A stretch of DNA of 64,000 nt, from assembly GCA_015232575.1 (NCBI GenBank), contig JADFZL010000003.1:64001-128000 (forward strand), written 5' to 3'. Positions 60,054-64,000 of the stretch are shown piece after piece (within the stretch, counting starts at the first letter, position 1; each line of letters opens with the position of its first letter). The notes beneath the pieces are model-generated. The model was not told the origin of the DNA. It made no database searches and saw only the letters and a program-made list of their open reading frames with translations. This DNA is from Candidatus Rifleibacteriota bacterium. GTDB taxonomy: Bacteria; Muiribacteriota; Ozemobacteria; Ozemobacterales; Ozemobacteraceae. The position numbers were made by a program, and so were the translations under genes.

Positions 60054-61081
60054 TGATGAACAATAAAAATGTCTATGCATCTGTCGTAATTCCTGTCTAT
60101 AACAGGGCTGATCTTCTTGAAAAGTGTTTAATTGCATTGAGTCAGCAGAAGACTTCCTTTTCCCACGAAGTTATTGTTGTTGATGATTGCTCTGTTGAAG
60201 ATTTGTCAAACGTCAGATACAACTTTGAAAAAGGGGATCTTAAGATAACGTGGCTAAGACTTCCTGAAAATTCAGGTCCGGCAGTTGCACGGAATGCCGG
60301 AATAAAGGTTGCTGAAGGAGAAATCATAGTTTTTACAGACTCTGATTGTGTTCCAATTGATTCCTGGCTTCAGAAAATGCTTGTACCTTTTTCTGATGCT
60401 GCTGTGTCAGGGGTAAAAGGTTCATATAAAACAACTCAGACAGACACCTGGGCAAGACTTTCCCAGGTCGAATTCGAAGAACGTTTCGATTTGCTGGATG
60501 CTGCTTCCAGCGTAGATTTCGTAGATACTTATTCAGGAGCATTCAGAAAAAAGCACCTTATTGAAACAGGCGGCTTCGATACTTCTTTTCCAAAAGCAGA
60601 TAATGAAGACGTTGAATTGTCTTTCAGAATCAAGGCTCTTGCCGGAAATTCTGGCGGAAAATTTGTATTTGTAAGAGACGCAGTTGTTTTTCATCGCCAC
60701 CGCGAAGGTTTCTGGAACTATTTCAGACTGAAATTTAATCGTGGCTACTGGCGAAGTAAAGTATATGAAAAACACCCAAAAATGGCTGGAAAAGAAAGCT
60801 ATACTCCGGCAACCCTGAAGATTCAGTTCTTGCTTATTGTACTATTGCCATTTTTGTTTGTACTGCCCATAAAAAAAAGAAATTCGTCTGCAGTAATATT
60901 TTCTTTATGGCTTGCTTCATGTCATAACATGTTTTTTAATGCATACAACAAAAATAATCAAGATCTGATTCCAGCAATTCCATTTTTTACAGCAGCAAGA
61001 GCAATTGCAATACTTTCCGGAATGTTGTACTCATTCCTTTCATCAGTAAACCATGTCTTACCAGTGAAGATAAAGTGCTGA
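60053..61081 (+). CDS. family-2 glycosyltransferase with C-terminal transmembrane segment
   Basis: 'SVVIPVYNRADLLEKCL' and 'VVDDCSVED', 'FTDSDCVP' DxD motifs; hydrophobic C-terminal helices. Confidence 0.8.
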   Translation: MMNNKNVYASVVIPVYNRADLLEKCLIALSQQKTSFSHEVIVVDDCSVEDLSNVRYNFEKGDLKITWLRLPENSGPAVARNAGIKVAEGEIIVFTDSDCVPIDSWLQKMLVPFSDAAVSGVKGSYKTTQTDTWARLSQVEFEERFDLLDAASSVDFVDTYSGAFRKKHLIETGGFDTSFPKADNEDVELSFRIKALAGNSGGKFVFVRDAVVFHRHREGFWNYFRLKFNRGYWRSKVYEKHPKMAGKESYTPATLKIQFLLIVLLPFLFVLPIKKRNSSAVIFSLWLASCHNMFFNAYNKNNQDLIPAIPFFTAARAIAILSGMLYSFLSSVNHVLPVKIKC

Positions 61082-61115
61082 TAAGACATTAGCATAATAA
61101 AGGGGTCATTAAACA

Positions 61116-61213
61116 ATGTCATTTCGACGAAAAGGAGAAATCCCGCAGTGATGAGACCCTCACATTCGTTCGAGATGACAGTCCAACATAAAGTTAACAT
61201 GACAATTTGTCTT
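61116..61213 (+). repeat. copy C of the ~100-bp structured intergenic repeat family
   Basis: Shares about 80% identity with the reverse complement of 32026-32122; internal arms GTCATTTCGACGAA / TTCGTTCGAGATGAC can pair (about 14 bp) around a ~35-nt loop. Confidence 0.7.
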
Positions 61214-61297
61214 CTTATCTAATTAGAAGCAAAGAAGTTCTTATAATAAAAACAGGGAACGAGTTTTAATCGTTCCCTGTTTTTATTATCAAAAGTG

Positions 61298-62692
61298 CTA
61301 CTTGATGCTTTTTCGGCCGGTTTTGCTTCTTTCTTTGGCTTTTTTCAGTCTGTCAAGTGCTGCCTTTACTGCTGGCGAATCAACCGAATTTTCACCCAGT
61401 GCTTTGTTGTATGCTTTGAATGCTTCGAAATATTCTTCTTCTGCTGAAATCATATCCTGTCCTGCTCCGGTTACAGGCGTATCTAAAAGAGGGCTCTGAT
61501 TATTTTTTGAATCATCAAGAGTCATAAACTTAGTTTCAGAAGGAGCAATTGTTGTTACGCCATCGCCATCAGCATAGTTGGCAGAAAGAGTGCTGTTCAT
61601 GCCTGTGGTACTTTCAGACGGCTGTGAACTTGGGGAAAGACCGGCAAAATCTTCGTCAAATGAGAAGATATTTTTGAAGACTCTTGAAAAGAAACTCTTA
61701 ATCGATGTCCAGAAAGAGCCTGAAAAAACGCTTCCGTTGCTTCCTGTGCCACCTGAATTAGCACGTGAATTTATGTAGTTGTACATGTCCTGATTAACAA
61801 CATTTGATCCGTTATTCACATAATTGAGCAGTTCAGATTGTGAAATCTTCCCTTTGCTGTTACTGTCAAGAATTTGTGCAAGTCTTACCTGGTCCTGGGG
61901 ATACATTGAAAGATAGCCTTTGCAGAAATCTTTCAGACTGTTATGAGGACCTGAGTAAGTTATTGAGTTAAATACTTTTGTCTTGCCATCGCCGCCATTC
62001 TGAAAAAGGTCATTTATTACCTTGGCATTGAACAACTCATTTCTGGACATTTCTTCAAAAGATTTTGCCTGAAGGAAATTCAGAACAGAATTATCATTTA
62101 TGTTAAGAGAGAATATCATTCCATTGTTTTTGTTGGCAGCAAAGGCATTAGCCCAACCTTCTACCCAGGCTGTCTTGTTATTGGGAAGTATTTCATCCAT
62201 GTAATGGGCATTATCAGAACCATAGTCAAGTCCGGAAAAATTATATGAACTCGGGTAAGCATTCAACATGGCAACATGGCCAAGTTCGTGAAGGAAAATG
62301 AATTTCTTACTTTCGGGAGTTGTGTATTGGGTAACGTGTTTGTACAAAGTTATATTATAACCACTTGTATTTTTTGAAGATGTGGAAATCGAGTTTTTAT
62401 CACTGATGGTTAAATTTAACGGCAGAGCCAGAGATGAAGATACATCCAGGGTGTAACCAAGAAGAGTTTTGTTGCCGACCGGTTGATTGAGATAATCTCT
62501 CCATGGACTTCCCACGGGGAGATCATTGACTGATGTAATCTGATATTTCTGCGATCCTATCTGATTTCCGTAATAGTCATAGATTGCTTTTTCATAGAAC
62601 AGGTTCAGAGGTGCAGAATGGGCAATTGTACAAACAGAAACCAGAACAAGCATCAAAACCCATATTTTATTCAATACAGCCACATTTTTCAT
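61298..62692 (-). CDS. secreted protein with an HEXXH zinc-metallopeptidase-like motif (hypothetical)
   Basis: Signal peptide; 'FIFLHELGHVAML' HEXXH; S/N-rich low-complexity C-terminal half. Confidence 0.5.
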   Translation of the reverse strand: MKNVAVLNKIWVLMLVLVSVCTIAHSAPLNLFYEKAIYDYYGNQIGSQKYQITSVNDLPVGSPWRDYLNQPVGNKTLLGYTLDVSSSLALPLNLTISDKNSISTSSKNTSGYNITLYKHVTQYTTPESKKFIFLHELGHVAMLNAYPSSYNFSGLDYGSDNAHYMDEILPNNKTAWVEGWANAFAANKNNGMIFSLNINDNSVLNFLQAKSFEEMSRNELFNAKVINDLFQNGGDGKTKVFNSITYSGPHNSLKDFCKGYLSMYPQDQVRLAQILDSNSKGKISQSELLNYVNNGSNVVNQDMYNYINSRANSGGTGSNGSVFSGSFWTSIKSFFSRVFKNIFSFDEDFAGLSPSSQPSESTTGMNSTLSANYADGDGVTTIAPSETKFMTLDDSKNNQSPLLDTPVTGAGQDMISAEEEYFEAFKAYNKALGENSVDSPAVKAALDRLKKAKERSKTGRKSIK

Positions 62693-62847
62693 AATTCACC
62701 TCTTTTCATGCCGAATACACTTATTATAATCAACAGAAAAAAAAACGTCTACAAAAATACTTTAAAAAAATAACTAAATATTTAACTTTTCTATGACGAT
62801 GAATAACGTGAGATAAAAGATTTATTTCGAAAGGAGGTGAAAAAACA

Positions 62848-64000
62848 TTGAATAATCAGGTAAATAGTCAAATTCAAAATGATTTGTCCGGTTTTTTCGC
62901 AGTACAATCAAAGGGTTTATCCGGCAATTCATCAAGTGGGCAGTCAGGAAGTGCGTTTGCCTCGTTTTTCAAAACTTTCATCAGTGCACAGAATACCACA
63001 GACGATTCTACCAAAGCAAAAGTAGCTTCAATGCAGCGTTTTTCCGCAATTCAGCCGGCACAGATTTCACTGTTTCAGAAAAGTATATCTAATCAGAGGC
63101 CTGTTTCTGAAGTGAAGCAGTATTCAGAAAAAAAATCTGATTCATTGAACTCTGATTTGAAGACATTCAAGGAAAAAATTGCATCTCAGATCAATGCTTC
63201 TCGTAAAAACAGTCCAAGAAGCTCGGTGGTAAAGGCTTTTTCAAATAATGATAAAACTGAAAGCTTGAAAAAAGATGACGTTCAAAGTGCAGAAAGTAAA
63301 GATTCAGCACAAAAATCAGGTGTCAGAAAAGATATTCAATTGCAGGAGAAAGTTTCTGATAATAAACAAGCAGAAAAATCTCCTGAATCAGAAAATAATC
63401 AGACAGATGAGAACAAAATAGTCAAAAGTTCAGAAGAGCTTAATTCTTCAGGAAGTTCCATTAATTCTGGAAATAGCGTCTCTTCATCTGAGAATCAATC
63501 TGATGAAAACCTTGAAGACCCTGAGAGCAAGAATGCAAAAGAGTCTCCTGATACTGTGACGGAAGATGAAAAAGTTATTTTTTCGTTACTGAAAGATGAG
63601 GTTATTAGTTCAAATACCGATGAAGATTACTTCGGTGCAGAAAATCTGTATGAAAAGCTGATTACTGATATAGATAACGAAAAATTAAAACTGGAACTTG
63701 AAAAAATCAAGACCATGCTTCCTGATATGAATCTTGATAATTCTGAAAAGCTCTCTATTCTTACCAGATTGACACTTGATGAAAATGTGGCAAAAACTGA
63801 GAAAACCGTTTCTGATGCTCTTAAATCGGTTGCGAAAAATCTTTCAGAAAATTCAGAAAAATCAAATTCCGGCAAGCTTTTTAAATCTGAATTAACAGTA
63901 AAGGAAGTTAAAAGTTCCGATTCTGAAGAGGTTAAAACTCAGAAAGTTCCTGCTGAATTGACTGAATCTGCAATCTCAAAAGTGCCAGATGAAAGCTCAG
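62848..64000 (+). CDS. 5'-partial-window ORF (runs off the window end) encoding a low-complexity S/E/K/N-rich protein
   Basis: TTG start 7 nt after strong RBS AAGGAGGTGA; open frame for 384 codons to the window end; absent from the ORF track because no stop lies in the window. Confidence 0.6.
   Translation, partial: MNNQVNSQIQNDLSGFFAVQSKGLSGNSSSGQSGSAFASFFKTFISAQNTTDDSTKAKVASMQRFSAIQPAQISLFQKSISNQRPVSEVKQYSEKKSDSLNSDLKTFKEKIASQINASRKNSPRSSVVKAFSNNDKTESLKKDDVQSAESKDSAQKSGVRKDIQLQEKVSDNKQAEKSPESENNQTDENKIVKSSEELNSSGSSINSGNSVSSSENQSDENLEDPESKNAKESPDTVTEDEKVIFSLLKDEVISSNTDEDYFGAENLYEKLITDIDNEKLKLELEKIKTMLPDMNLDNSEKLSILTRLTLDENVAKTEKTVSDALKSVAKNLSENSEKSNSGKLFKSELTVKEVKSSDSEEVKTQKVPAELTESAISKVPDESS

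Noticed and set aside
61116-61155. Possible mini-ORF (MSFRRKGEIPQ) with an internal AAGGAG inside the repeat element
   Set aside because: Reading frame and length are not conserved in the other full copy (27 aa with different sequence). Conservation is at nucleotide and structure level, not peptide level.
62848-64000. Considered calling the S/E/K-rich ORF a flagellar hook-length control (FliK-like) protein
   Set aside because: The only basis would be composition. There are no flagellar or type III genes nearby and no recognisable FliK C-terminal domain within the window.
1-64000. CRISPR arrays, IS/transposase, integrase, or toxin-antitoxin pairs
   Set aside because: No regularly spaced direct repeats of CRISPR type. 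No DDE, tyrosine-recombinase or HTH-transposase motifs in any frame. The small repeats found are too few and irregular to be CRISPR.

Overview
Low-GC (about 38-40%) bacterial chromosomal segment with dense, mostly co-directional operons. I could not place it taxonomically from sequence alone; the gene content suggests an anaerobic, amino-acid or fatty-acid fermenting organism, possibly from an uncultured lineage. No CRISPR array, transposase, integrase or prophage genes were found.

Main contents, in order:
- Cell-envelope block (0.2-7.8 kb): polysaccharide deacetylase, TPR protein, a 779-aa membrane-anchored protein, then an ECF sigma / anti-sigma / two pseudopilin-like proteins / LysM protein operon.
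- Secreted M14 carboxypeptidase.
- Glycosyltransferase / methyltransferase genes, then an orphan MoaA, a ROK kinase and a degenerate phosphohexomutase-like gene.
- A LuxE / LuxC-like acyl-activation-reduction module preceded by a GNAT-like gene.
- A long minus-strand envelope-stress supercluster: HD-GYP, unknown protein, ECF sigma, anti-sigma, HtrA, hybrid histidine kinase.
- Secreted proteases (S8 and M16, plus two paralogous M23 peptidases with SH3b/LysM domains flanking a secreted protein) and an alpha/beta hydrolase with a PDZ domain.
- UDP-glucuronate decarboxylase, hypoxanthine phosphoribosyltransferase, MBL-fold hydrolase.
- A beta-oxidation-type cluster: acyl-CoA dehydrogenase, EtfB, EtfA with an N-terminal ferredoxin domain, a second acyl-CoA dehydrogenase, phosphate butyryltransferase, and a stand-alone PocR-like sensor.
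- rplU-prp-rpmA.
- A GT2 / radical-SAM-SPASM / B12-radical-SAM / GT2 cluster.

Things most worth a second look:
1. Two short interspersed non-coding repeat families: a ~100-bp structured element in three intergenic sites, and a 3x9-bp 'GCAGATTNN' array at two terminator-proximal sites.
2. Prp protease is retained with its catalytic His/Cys dyad, but L27 has no cleavable N-terminal extension.
3. An HpnI/HpnJ-like glycolipid-headgroup cluster with no squalene-hopene cyclase in the window.
4. A LuxC/LuxE-type module in which the reductase is fused to a second adenylate-forming domain.
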